From Candidatus Poriferihabitaceae bacterium (GTDB taxonomy: Bacteria > Pseudomonadota > Gammaproteobacteria > Arenicellales > Poriferihabitantaceae), in NCBI GenBank assembly GCA_965249035.1, contig CBDFKV010000006.1, positions 153,609 to 217,608 of the forward strand: 64,000 nt of DNA. Reading direction: 5' to 3'. The position numbers and the translations under genes were made by a program. This document shows, one piece after another, positions 17,229 through 26,728 of this stretch (positions within the stretch are counted from its first letter, which is position 1; each line of letters begins with the position of its first letter). The notes beneath the pieces are model-generated. The model saw nothing but the letters and a program-made list of their open reading frames with translations. It was not told where the DNA came from and ran no database searches.

Positions 17229-20200
17229 TTAATCGTTAAAAAATCTATCTATTACTTGATTGGCTGCAGATCGTGAAAAATATTTGGTGAGAATTTCATA
17301 GGACAAAGATGACTTTTCCTTGCAGAGTTCGGTATTTTTTAACAACTCATTCACGGCTTTAGCAAATGATTTCTCTGTATCTCCAATCGCGAGATACTCT
17401 TCAGGAATACTAGGCAAGCCCTCGGCTCCGACCGATGTTGTTACAACAGGAACACCATTACTCATGGACTCAATTACCTTTCCTTTGACACCAGCCCCAT
17501 ATCGAAGGGGAACGACAGCTACCCTAGCGTCAACATAAGCCAACAGCAACTCTGGGTCTGAAACTTCACCAAGAACGCATATATTGTCATTCGTTAACTC
17601 AAAAATTTCATCAGGACACTTTGACCCAATGACAGTTAGCAATGCATGAGGATAAACATTAAGAATGAGAGGAAATATTTTTTGTATAAACCATTCTAAT
17701 CCATCACGATTTGGTGGATGACCAAAACCACCAATAAACAACAAATTAGGACTCGAGTTGACTACTATTTCAGATTCCAAAAAATCAGTTTCATACCAGT
17801 AGATTGGAATAGGGTAAACATTAATCGCTTCATCAATACTTTTCACAGCCTTTACTTCGAATTCCCCAGGATAGAACACAACATCAGATTTTCTCATAAT
17901 GCTCAATTCTTCCTCTCGCCATGCACTGATTGACTTACCGCTCTCATTTGGAATGCCAAACTGCTTTTCTCTCTGGATACGCAGAAAGTGAAGATCAAGA
18001 CCATAGTATGCGATACGAGGTGGTTTCTCTAAGGTATGAATTTTATCAATATATTTACTAGTGATATGAGGCCGATTAAAAAAGATACACTCAATTTGTT
18101 GATGATGCTCTGATAGCCATTCAAACCATTTATCTTTGTAGTGACTCCCGAACAATACTTCAACACCTAACCTTTGTAACTCTTCTGTATATGGTTGATG
18201 AGGATAAAAATTATCGCCCATAAAAATGACGTGGTGCCCCGAATCAATCATGAGCTGGATATACATAAATATCGTCCGAGAACCAGCGTCTTTATCATAC
18301 ATCGGGACATAATGATCTATCACCAAAACAGTCTTCCTACTTTTTCCATGATTACGTGCCCTAAACCAAGCGCTGTCATCTATGTAATGCTCAGTAGATA
18401 AGGTCTTCTTCCATTTATCCAAAAATTTCTTACGATTAACTCTCTGATACCTCTTTATTCCAGCGCCTTCATCACCTCCGTGAGAAACACCTTCAAAATG
18501 AACCACCTTGGATGTAGGAATATATCGAACACGAAGACCTCTCTTGCGAACTTCAAAACAAAAGTCAGAATCTTCATAGTAAGCAGGAATAAACCGTTCA
18601 TCAAACCCACCTATCTCATCCCATAAAGATTTTTTAAAAAGTAAACAAGCGCCTGAAATATAGTCAACATCCCTCGCAAAATTATATTCAGCCTTATCAG
18701 GCCGGTCAAATCTGCCGTAATTCCAACCTGATGCATCTGAAAAGATTATCCCTCCAGCCTCTTGTAAACGGCCATCAGGATAGAGAAACATTGATCCTGT
18801 TATGCCGATAGTACTGTCTTTTTCAATTGGATTTAAGAGCTCTTTTAGCCACTCTCCCTGGACATTTGTATCATTATTCAAAAGAACGATATACTCTCCT
18901 TTAGCTTTTGAGATTGCTTGATTGCAATTCAACAAAAAGCCTTTATTTTCACTTCCTCGAACAACACGAACCCCCTTTACCCATTCATTTATATCAGCAG
19001 TTTGGTCTGTAGAGTGATCGTCAGCAATTACTATTTCGAAACTTATCTCACTAAAATCCGTGTGTTTTCTGATGCTTTTTAGACATGCAAATGTTGTTTC
19101 GTATTTATTATATACAGGAATTACAATCGATACTTTAGGTTTATTGGCTATTTGAAATTGTATTTTTTCATTTATAGTTTCCTCAAAATTTCTGGGCTCA
19201 ATGATTTCAATCTCCTCACTGACCGAAAAATCAGAATTATAATATCGCAATAATCCTTGCTTTACACCACGATCAGTTTCTCCTTTACCAAGCAGTATCC
19301 AAGCACCTTTAAAAATTCTTGTAAAGTTTAGTTCTCTAATAAAAGGCAAGGGGTTTCTTACAAGAGCAGATAGCAAAAGTCGTCTGTTCGAAATTGGTGG
19401 CAATACCTGCATCAATTCATCCGAAGTATGACCGAACTTAGCCATATCAAACGCATGATGCAGAGATCTAGATTCAACCAATTTAAATCTACTTAACGCT
19501 TTCCCTATTACCGATGGAATGATGTATCGCTTAGTCATCATGTACCTTTTTAACTCCCCTGAAATTTTCAACAAGCTTAGCTTTAGCTCGTCCCTGTTTT
19601 CGGTGAGTTTTCGACTATCTTCAATTAACTTCTCATTCTTCTCTCGATAGATCTCGTTTTCTTTTATTATTCTTTTATTTATTAAATCAAACTTCTCACT
19701 TTCAGAATGTATTTTTAAGCGTTCTGCATCAACCTTTTTTGACTCTTCCTTTAATATTTCATTTGCTGCAGATAGATTTCTATTTTCAATTTCAACCCTT
19801 TCTGCACCAATTCTTTTCTCATCGAGCTTCTTAACTAATAACTTAATTTCCCCCTTATGTTCGCGCAGGTCTCGATTTGATTTTTCATAAATATTTACCA
19901 GCCCACCTCTCGACTCTAAATCACCCCATGTAAATATAGATAGCTCAATCTCTGGTAAGTTAGCCAACGTGTCTAGATCACCATTTTTGGCTAGCAGCCA
20001 AGCTTGTTCTATCGCTGGCTCCCAATTACTTAATTCAGTATCAACCTTTTTATGGTGAAGCAATTCCTTTTCAAAGACAGAATTATAATCTCTCGGTGTC
20101 AACTTTTTCAACCCCTTGGTCCTGCCACCAATAGCATTAATCGTAGAAACAATTTCTTGTTCATCATCTAGTTCGAATGGAAACCGTAAATTCGTTACAT

Positions 20201-20708
20201 TATCCTCACCCTTTAGAGCCTTCGCTATCATCCTTGTCTGGTGATACCAAAAGACAAGAGCGTGCTGAAGAGGTATCCCGTTTCGCTGTTGAATCGATTT
20301 TGCCACTGATACTGGATGCCTATGCACTACAATATGATGGGTCGGCTTAAGGTGATTTTTCCACAACGGCCACGTAAGGCTTAGTCTAGGATCTTTTAAG
20401 AACCAATTATCGTGACCGCGATAGCCAGCTGCAATGTCTTTGATTTGTTTGTCGAATTTTTTGCGGAGGCTAGCTATCAACTCACGATCAAACACAGGTA
20501 CTAATGTAAACCAATTCAACCCTACACTACCAAGCATGGTATCATTCAATTCAACGACATCTGTACGCTCCCAAAAACCCTTTGGGTTATCTTCTTGAGC
20601 CGGCATTTTGAATTCATCATCTGCATACCAAAACCCTGCTTTTTCCAACATATTCCCAGTAAGCGAAGTGCCAGAACGGTGTACACCGTGGACAATAATT
20701 TTTTTCAT
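17229..20708 (-). CDS. multidomain polysaccharide assembly protein: sulfotransferase - coiled coil - GT2 - GT4
   Basis: 1159 aa. aa 1-~250: VHGVHRSGTS, KDPRLSLTW, VVHRHPVSVAKS (PAPS-binding-like). aa ~275-400: charged heptad-like region. aa ~525-770: VSIVIPVYNKYETT, ADDHSTD, LLNNDT, YYEDSDFCF (GT2). aa ~790-1159: ...VVPLRYGAGVKGKVIESMSNGVPVVTT (GT4). Good RBS (aggaga) before the ATG. Confidence 0.8.
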   Translation of the reverse strand: MKKIIVHGVHRSGTSLTGNMLEKAGFWYADDEFKMPAQEDNPKGFWERTDVVELNDTMLGSVGLNWFTLVPVFDRELIASLRKKFDKQIKDIAAGYRGHDNWFLKDPRLSLTWPLWKNHLKPTHHIVVHRHPVSVAKSIQQRNGIPLQHALVFWYHQTRMIAKALKGEDNVTNLRFPFELDDEQEIVSTINAIGGRTKGLKKLTPRDYNSVFEKELLHHKKVDTELSNWEPAIEQAWLLAKNGDLDTLANLPEIELSIFTWGDLESRGGLVNIYEKSNRDLREHKGEIKLLVKKLDEKRIGAERVEIENRNLSAANEILKEESKKVDAERLKIHSESEKFDLINKRIIKENEIYREKNEKLIEDSRKLTENRDELKLSLLKISGELKRYMMTKRYIIPSVIGKALSRFKLVESRSLHHAFDMAKFGHTSDELMQVLPPISNRRLLLSALVRNPLPFIRELNFTRIFKGAWILLGKGETDRGVKQGLLRYYNSDFSVSEEIEIIEPRNFEETINEKIQFQIANKPKVSIVIPVYNKYETTFACLKSIRKHTDFSEISFEIVIADDHSTDQTADINEWVKGVRVVRGSENKGFLLNCNQAISKAKGEYIVLLNNDTNVQGEWLKELLNPIEKDSTIGITGSMFLYPDGRLQEAGGIIFSDASGWNYGRFDRPDKAEYNFARDVDYISGACLLFKKSLWDEIGGFDERFIPAYYEDSDFCFEVRKRGLRVRYIPTSKVVHFEGVSHGGDEGAGIKRYQRVNRKKFLDKWKKTLSTEHYIDDSAWFRARNHGKSRKTVLVIDHYVPMYDKDAGSRTIFMYIQLMIDSGHHVIFMGDNFYPHQPYTEELQRLGVEVLFGSHYKDKWFEWLSEHHQQIECIFFNRPHITSKYIDKIHTLEKPPRIAYYGLDLHFLRIQREKQFGIPNESGKSISAWREEELSIMRKSDVVFYPGEFEVKAVKSIDEAINVYPIPIYWYETDFLESEIVVNSSPNLLFIGGFGHPPNRDGLEWFIQKIFPLILNVYPHALLTVIGSKCPDEIFELTNDNICVLGEVSDPELLLAYVDARVAVVPLRYGAGVKGKVIESMSNGVPVVTTSVGAEGLPSIPEEYLAIGDTEKSFAKAVNELLKNTELCKEKSSLSYEILTKYFSRSAANQVIDRFFND

Positions 20709-20755
20709 TTGTTACTCTCCTGAGCGATGCATGCTAAGTAGGGAAATCCCTTTGC

Positions 20756-21508
20756 TCATTTCACTAGCCTCTCTCCTTGATAGGCGTGAATCAATTGCTC
20801 TACGCTATCAAAAGCCTCTGCTCTCCCTTTAGATAAAAGGACGCCTTTATTGCAAAAAGCTTTAAGAACATGCAAAGAATGCGATGCTAAAACTAAGAGG
20901 TTCGCCCTTTCGATATGTTCTTCAAGCCGATTCCTAGCCAACCTCATAAACTCGGCGTCTCCGGTCAATATCGCTTCATCCAATAAAAGGATTTCCGACT
21001 CTGCAGCGGTTGATACGCTAAATGCCAAACGCATTCTCATTCCAGCAGAGTAGGTCCTAATGGGCATATCAAGAAATTCGCCTAAGCCACTAAACTCAAA
21101 GACATCTTGCTTCAAGCCTTCAATTTGATCTGGTCTCAATCCCATTAAAATTCCGCGTGTTTCAATGTTCTCCCAGCCAGACGCATCCATAGATACCCCA
21201 AGATTAGGGTCAAACATTGCTGTTATATCACCCTGACTTCTAATCTCCCCTTCAGTGGGCTCATAAATGCCCGCCATAACACGCAGCAAAGTTGATTTGC
21301 CAGAGCCATTGTGTCCTAGGAGTGCAACTCGATCTCCTGACCTCACATTTAGTGAAACCCCCTCCAGAGCATGGACGCTTAATACCCCGCTCTCCCTCGT
21401 AACACCGCCACCAACCAGGCTCGATGCAATCACACCTTTCAGTGATCGTCCCTTGGCATTGTAAACCGGAAACGACACGGAGACTGAATGCATTTCAATA
21501 TACGGCAT
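20756..21508 (-). CDS. wzt: polysaccharide ABC exporter ATP-binding protein (Wzt-type, nucleotide-binding domain only)
   Basis: Walker A GHNGSGKST, signature YSAGMRMRLAF, Walker B ILLLDE. Start taken at ATG 21508 (MPYIEMH...), 3 nt after the wzm stop; the ORF-track start at 21520 is a TTG. About 250 aa, so there is no extra C-terminal domain. Confidence 0.85.
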   Translation of the reverse strand: MPYIEMHSVSVSFPVYNAKGRSLKGVIASSLVGGGVTRESGVLSVHALEGVSLNVRSGDRVALLGHNGSGKSTLLRVMAGIYEPTEGEIRSQGDITAMFDPNLGVSMDASGWENIETRGILMGLRPDQIEGLKQDVFEFSGLGEFLDMPIRTYSAGMRMRLAFSVSTAAESEILLLDEAILTGDAEFMRLARNRLEEHIERANLLVLASHSLHVLKAFCNKGVLLSKGRAEAFDSVEQLIHAYQGERLVK

Positions 21509-21510
21509 GT

Positions 21511-22308
21511 CTAAACCCAATACGCAATTCGATGCCTATACCTGGCAAATAGATAAAATGCTGCAATCAGCAAGAATACATTCATGCTGATCACATAAAC
21601 CCAGCTCAACGCGGCTGGAAAATGTCCAAGCATAGGTGCTCGAAATAATTCCACAATATGATAAAACGGATTTGCTTCAACGAAAAAGGCACGATCTGGG
21701 AATCGTTCAGCATTCCAAATTACTGGCGTCAAAAACATCATCGGTCGCATCATCGCGGCTACAATCTGTGGAAAGTCTCGATAACGCATCGATATAATTC
21801 CAAAAATAACTACCAAACATAGTACGTTCATCATAATAAGCAATAAACCAAATACAGCGACCAAGGCTGTCAACTCTATACCTAACCAAAGGTAAATATA
21901 GATTACAAAAATTATTATAATATTATGCAGAAATCCGATCACCGCTTCAGTCATTAACCGATAAACGTATAAAGAAGCTGGCAATCGTATTTGCTGAATC
22001 ATACGTCCATTAGCTATAAATACATGACAACCTCGGACGATGCTTTCAGAATAAAACAACCAGATCACAAAACCAACAGAGACATAGGGCAGATGCTTGG
22101 AAATCTTTTCATTTAGTAAACTGCCATACAATACACCGAACACTAGTACCATTACGAAAGTACTGATCGTAATCCAGAAAGGTCCTAATAGACTGCGCTT
22201 GTATTTTTCCTTGACATCCAAAATCGCCAGCCTGGCCCAAATACGCCAAAGCTTAAGGCCACTCAACAAATCAGATACAGCACTACCAACTCGATTCTTA
22301 CTGGGCAT
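21511..22308 (-). CDS. wzm: polysaccharide ABC exporter permease (ABC-2 type, Wzm)
   Basis: 265 aa, six predicted TM segments, directly upstream of wzt. Confidence 0.85.
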   Translation of the reverse strand: MPSKNRVGSAVSDLLSGLKLWRIWARLAILDVKEKYKRSLLGPFWITISTFVMVLVFGVLYGSLLNEKISKHLPYVSVGFVIWLFYSESIVRGCHVFIANGRMIQQIRLPASLYVYRLMTEAVIGFLHNIIIIFVIYIYLWLGIELTALVAVFGLLLIMMNVLCLVVIFGIISMRYRDFPQIVAAMMRPMMFLTPVIWNAERFPDRAFFVEANPFYHIVELFRAPMLGHFPAALSWVYVISMNVFLLIAAFYLFARYRHRIAYWV

Positions 22309-22359
22309 AGGGTTGTCCGGCGTCCTTCTAACTCACAAAAACATATTCACGGTAGGCTA

Positions 22360-23841
22360 TCAAGATACCTTCGAGCGTCCGTACCTATCATCAAAACGCT
22401 CTATATCATCTTCTCCAAGGTACTCTCCAACTTGTACTTCAATCAGCTGCAAAGGAATTTTGCCCTTATTTTCCAAACGATGTGTACTACCAACAGGTAT
22501 ATATACCGATTGGTTCTTCATGACAGTTTGAACCTTGCCATCGCACTCAACTGTTGCAGTGCCGGAGACAATTACCCAGTGTTCCGAACGATGTTGGTGG
22601 CTTTGCAATGACAAAGATCCGCCTGAATCAACGGTAATCCGTTTGATCTTAAACCCATCGTATTCCTCTAAAATGGTATAGCTTCCCCACGGCCGTGAAT
22701 CGGTAAGGTGATGCGTGACTTCCTTAGCGTTCTTGATTTTAAGCTTATCAACAATTGTCTTAACCCGCTGCGTGTCACCTATCGTGGTTAGTAAAATCGC
22801 ATCTCGAGTCTCGACCAAACAGACGTTACTAACACCAATCGCAGCAACAAGCCGGTGCTCGCTTTTAAAGTAACTATTACTACAGTCTTCAGTACATACA
22901 TCTCCATGAGCTACCACTCCATCACCATCTGGGGTTGACACATTGTACAAAGCATCCCAGCTGCCTATATCAGACCAGCCAATATCACAAGGAACAACAG
23001 CTAAATGTGCCCCACTCTTGCTGGCTGGTTCAAGCACACCATAGTCAATAGAAACAGAATCCATTTTGGAGAAATTCGCATCGATTACGTTTTGGAAGCT
23101 AGCGCCTTCATTATACTGATCGATCATTTGCCCAATTATCTCGGATACTATCGGGAGATGTGCCTCTACCAACGCTAATATAGTCGATGCTTTCCAAACA
23201 AAAATACCCGAGTTCCAGTAGTAGTTTCCAGCCTTAAGATATGCTTCTGCAGTCCCTAAGGCTGGCTTTTCAACAAATCGTTTGACCCTGTTCGCTTGCT
23301 GGCAACCTTCAATTGTCATGCCTGCTTCAATATAACCATATCCTGTATTCGGGCTACTGGGTTCAATCCCTAGCAACACAACCTCTCCATTTTGGGCAAG
23401 GTCGATTGCGCTAGCTAATGCCTGTTGAAAAGCTTCATCATCCTGCACCAAATGATCCGCTGGTGATACGACCATAATAGGATCTGCTTCATCATTCATT
23501 AGTTGAAGATGACAAGCAGCAATGGCTATTGCCGGAGCGGTGTTTCTTGCGACAGGCTCGGTTAAGATCTCATGTGCGTGTTGATGCCCGGTGGTGTTTT
23601 TGAATACTTCGTTGGTGACAATTAGTGTATTCCCTTGTGCAACTGGCTCAAGACGACTGATCGTTTGCTCTAAAAGCGATTGATCAGAATCAGAAAATTT
23701 AATGAACTGTTTCGGAAACGATTGACGTGAAAGTGGCCAAAGTCGAGTCCCGCTACCACCCGCCAGAATCACTGACCATACTGAGTCGGGCAATTTGCTA
23801 GCCACCTTGCGAAGGTTATCTGTATTGTGATTAGTAGACAT
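22360..23841 (-). CDS. manC: bifunctional mannose-1-phosphate guanylyltransferase / mannose-6-phosphate isomerase (type II PMI-GMP)
   Basis: 493 aa with N-terminal ILAGGSGTRLWPLSR and a C-terminal cupin with SLQSHQHRSEHWVIVSG. Confidence 0.9.
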   Translation of the reverse strand: MSTNHNTDNLRKVASKLPDSVWSVILAGGSGTRLWPLSRQSFPKQFIKFSDSDQSLLEQTISRLEPVAQGNTLIVTNEVFKNTTGHQHAHEILTEPVARNTAPAIAIAACHLQLMNDEADPIMVVSPADHLVQDDEAFQQALASAIDLAQNGEVVLLGIEPSSPNTGYGYIEAGMTIEGCQQANRVKRFVEKPALGTAEAYLKAGNYYWNSGIFVWKASTILALVEAHLPIVSEIIGQMIDQYNEGASFQNVIDANFSKMDSVSIDYGVLEPASKSGAHLAVVPCDIGWSDIGSWDALYNVSTPDGDGVVAHGDVCTEDCSNSYFKSEHRLVAAIGVSNVCLVETRDAILLTTIGDTQRVKTIVDKLKIKNAKEVTHHLTDSRPWGSYTILEEYDGFKIKRITVDSGGSLSLQSHQHRSEHWVIVSGTATVECDGKVQTVMKNQSVYIPVGSTHRLENKGKIPLQLIEVQVGEYLGEDDIERFDDRYGRSKVS

Positions 23842-23847
23842 TAGGAC

Positions 23848-24972
23848 TCATCGCTGACTTTCAAATAGTGCTTCATAAAGATGTTGATACTTCGCACCCA
23901 TGGTGGTGCCGTTGTAGTGTGCCAGGTAATGCTTGCGGGCACCATTGCCTAAACGCCGCCTCAAATCAGAATCACTCAAAAGCTTCAACAGCGCACTGCT
24001 TAGATCATCAGATGAACAGGCGGAAAATACCAACCCTGTCTCACCATCGATATTAATTTCTTTCATCCCCGATTCTATATCAGAACAAACCAAGGGTTTG
24101 GAAAACCTCGCCCCTTCCAAGAGTACAACACCAAATGCCTCAGTGCGGAGATGAGATGGCAAGACTACCAAACCCGATAACACCATCAATGCTGCTTTAT
24201 CCTCATCTGATACGCTCCCTAGAAAATTGACATTATTGATCCCCCGGCTAACTGCATATCCCCTCAAAGCTCCCCCATCCCCTCCATCACCAGCAATTAC
24301 TATCTGATAGTCGTCACCCAGCTTGCCTGCAGCATCGATCAAGCACCGCAACCCCTTGTAATAACGCAAACCCCCAACAAACAACACAAAATTGCTGCCC
24401 ACCTTCTGGCTCCAATACGATAACATTTGATCGCTTGGGCCAGGCAGGCTCGATTCACTCAAGCCGATCGGAATAATACTTGTTTTCCCGGAGTATTGGC
24501 TTAGTACTGAGCTACTATCTGCATAGGTTTGAGAAGTTGCCACTATTGAGTCGACCGAATCAAGAAATCTCTTTTCAAGCGGGCGATAAAAATTCAGTAA
24601 AGTGGATTGCTTAATAATATCGGAGTGATAGGTAAGCAGTGTAGGTTTGTTCCGTGGCGAACAAAAATGCAAATAGTCCGCAAACGGCCAAGGGAAGTGA
24701 TAATGAATAATATCAGCAAGTGCGTAGCGCTCAAGAAACAAGGACTTAGCAGAAAACGACAAAGGGCAGGAGGCAATCTCTACATTACTTTTTGCACGGT
24801 AGACACTCATCCCCCTCTGTTTGATAACAGCGGCTTTACCCGCGTGTTCGCTTAGGGTAAATACTTCTGCCTCAATTGACCCACTCGTATTTCCATTAAT
24901 TTGGCAAACTACTTCCTCAACCCCACCACGAGTATCTGGATAGAACGTTTTATTGACGTGCAGTATTCGCAT
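23848..24972 (-). CDS. glycosyltransferase family 4
   Basis: Start moved to ATG 24972 (MRILHVNKTFYPDTRGGVEEVV...), the usual GT4 N-terminus. C-terminal ...PSHLRTEAFGVVLLEGARFSKPLVCSDI. It is the first gene of the minus-strand locus. Confidence 0.8.
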   Translation of the reverse strand: MRILHVNKTFYPDTRGGVEEVVCQINGNTSGSIEAEVFTLSEHAGKAAVIKQRGMSVYRAKSNVEIASCPLSFSAKSLFLERYALADIIHYHFPWPFADYLHFCSPRNKPTLLTYHSDIIKQSTLLNFYRPLEKRFLDSVDSIVATSQTYADSSSVLSQYSGKTSIIPIGLSESSLPGPSDQMLSYWSQKVGSNFVLFVGGLRYYKGLRCLIDAAGKLGDDYQIVIAGDGGDGGALRGYAVSRGINNVNFLGSVSDEDKAALMVLSGLVVLPSHLRTEAFGVVLLEGARFSKPLVCSDIESGMKEINIDGETGLVFSACSSDDLSSALLKLLSDSDLRRRLGNGARKHYLAHYNGTTMGAKYQHLYEALFESQR

Positions 24973-25120
24973 TGGGAAGCAGATGAATTCTAGAAACTGA
25001 AGGTTGAATTCCCAAAAATTCCATGCCATACAACCCCATAGCGAGCAATCTATGAAATAACCTTAATTAATAGGTTAGCCTATCTCCCTGATGATTTTGA
25101 TATAGCATCCCTTAGATTGA

Positions 25121-25711
25121 CTAGAAGAAGTCACCCGCGGCCCCACTCGCCATCACTGCCTGAATAATCTCCTTAACCTCAAGTGCCTCTTGCTTGAGTG
25201 CATCAGGCAGTGGCTTACCACCGTATATCATCAGATCCATATTCAAGGAATAAAGTGCAAAAGTCCCGTCTTGGCCTTCAACTAAGGCAATTCGACAAGG
25301 GAGGTAGGCTGAGAATGAGTCACTGTAGTCAACCATGCGCATTGCGGTTTGGGGATTACAGTACTGATAAATCTTCAAAAATCGCTGCTTCTCGCCAGTT
25401 TCAAGCTCAACCTGCTGTGACAGCGGTAATTCACCAACAGACCGAATATTAAGGTCATTGGCTTTGATTTTCATCGCTTCTTCAGCGTCTTCCGGGCTAA
25501 CCCCTTCCTCTAGGGGGACTCGCCAAACCGTTGCGTCAGCAGAATTGCCAGTTTCTTTCAACTTCTGCCACATCTGCGTGTATACACCGCGAGCTTCAGG
25601 GTCCATAGAATTCAGTGCAGCCAAACTGCCACCAAATTTCTGATAGCCGAATATTGCTGTGATGATCGCTAACAGGCCGACGATAGCCAGTAAGTTTCTA
25701 ATAAAACTCAT
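25121..25711 (-). CDS. DUF302-domain protein with N-terminal membrane anchor
   Basis: 196 aa with an N-terminal TM segment (LLAIVGLLAIITAIFGY). The C-terminal region ...YQYCNPQTAMRMV...LPCRIALVEGQDGTFALYSLN resembles DUF302. Confidence 0.55.
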   Translation of the reverse strand: MSFIRNLLAIVGLLAIITAIFGYQKFGGSLAALNSMDPEARGVYTQMWQKLKETGNSADATVWRVPLEEGVSPEDAEEAMKIKANDLNIRSVGELPLSQQVELETGEKQRFLKIYQYCNPQTAMRMVDYSDSFSAYLPCRIALVEGQDGTFALYSLNMDLMIYGGKPLPDALKQEALEVKEIIQAVMASGAAGDFF

Positions 25712-25869
25712 TGTATCTTCCTAATGGTGATTTTCTTTTGTCGCTGGTTGCGTGCCAAACCTGAAACTATCAACGCGATTGCAGACAATTTTGTAAGCCC
25801 CTGATTATCGAATGCTTCGCCTTAATCATCAAGGGTTAATCTGGCTTTATGTGGCAACTTGGCTCGTCG

Positions 25870-26676
25870 CTAACGGTAACGATTAACTAAATCATTGAGA
25901 TCACGGGCTGCTACGCCAGCTCGCTGGGCAAAATCTTGATCTTGACCAGCATAAATAATACCGCGTGATGAATTGATTGCGATACCGTGACCGGCTGTGG
26001 TCAAACCAAATTTAAGCACGGACTCGACATCACCCCCTTGCGCGCCCACACCTGGCACCAACAAAGGCATATCCCCCACTATACGGCGTATTTCGCCCAA
26101 CTCTTCGGGATAAGTCGCACCCACCACCAACATCAGCCCACCGTTATCCCACGCCACCGATTGTTCAGCAACATGGAGCGCTAAAGATTTCCGATCACTC
26201 TTTAGCGCCTGGAATTCGGAACTACCCGCGTTTGAAGTGCGGCATAACACCACGACACCTTTATCCGTATAGCTTAAAAATGGCGCTAACGTATCGCCCC
26301 CCATATAGGGGTTAACCGTCACCGCATCGGCACCATATCGATCAAACGCCTCACTTGCATACATCTCGGCTGTATCGCCGATATCGCCGCGCTTCGCGTC
26401 CAAAATTACAGGATGATCTGGGTAATTGCCTTTGATATAGCGTATGGTTTTTTCCAGTGACGCTTCGGCCGCGATCGCCGCATAATAGGCAATCTGCGGC
26501 TTATACACCGAGCAAAATGGTGCAGTTGCATCAATGATCTGCCGATTAAACTCAAAGATAGGGTCATCCAACATCAGCAAATGCTTGGGTAGCTTGTTGA
26601 TATCCGGATCCAGCCCCACGCAGACTAAGGATTGATGCTGCTCCCACGCGTTAATAAGTTGCTGCTGAAAAGTCAT
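25870..26676 (-). CDS. pyrF: orotidine-5'-phosphate decarboxylase (type 2)
   Basis: 268 aa with VCVGLDPD, DAKRGDIGDT and a GVGAQGG-type C-terminal motif. Confidence 0.9.
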   Translation of the reverse strand: MTFQQQLINAWEQHQSLVCVGLDPDINKLPKHLLMLDDPIFEFNRQIIDATAPFCSVYKPQIAYYAAIAAEASLEKTIRYIKGNYPDHPVILDAKRGDIGDTAEMYASEAFDRYGADAVTVNPYMGGDTLAPFLSYTDKGVVVLCRTSNAGSSEFQALKSDRKSLALHVAEQSVAWDNGGLMLVVGATYPEELGEIRRIVGDMPLLVPGVGAQGGDVESVLKFGLTTAGHGIAINSSRGIIYAGQDQDFAQRAGVAARDLNDLVNRYR

Positions 26677-26728
26677 TGGTGATTATTTTAATTCGATAGG
26701 CTGCGCGGATTGTATGATATCTGCCCAT

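Noticed and set aside
22097-22531. 144-aa plus-strand ORF spanning the wzm-manC junction, and other long antisense ORFs (30585-31082, 31095-31571, 41665-42150, 44164-44655, 46138-46515, 51750-52175, 55277-55588, 57647-57958)
   Set aside because: All lie antisense to strongly supported genes. They have biased low-complexity composition and no independent motif support, as expected for shadow ORFs.
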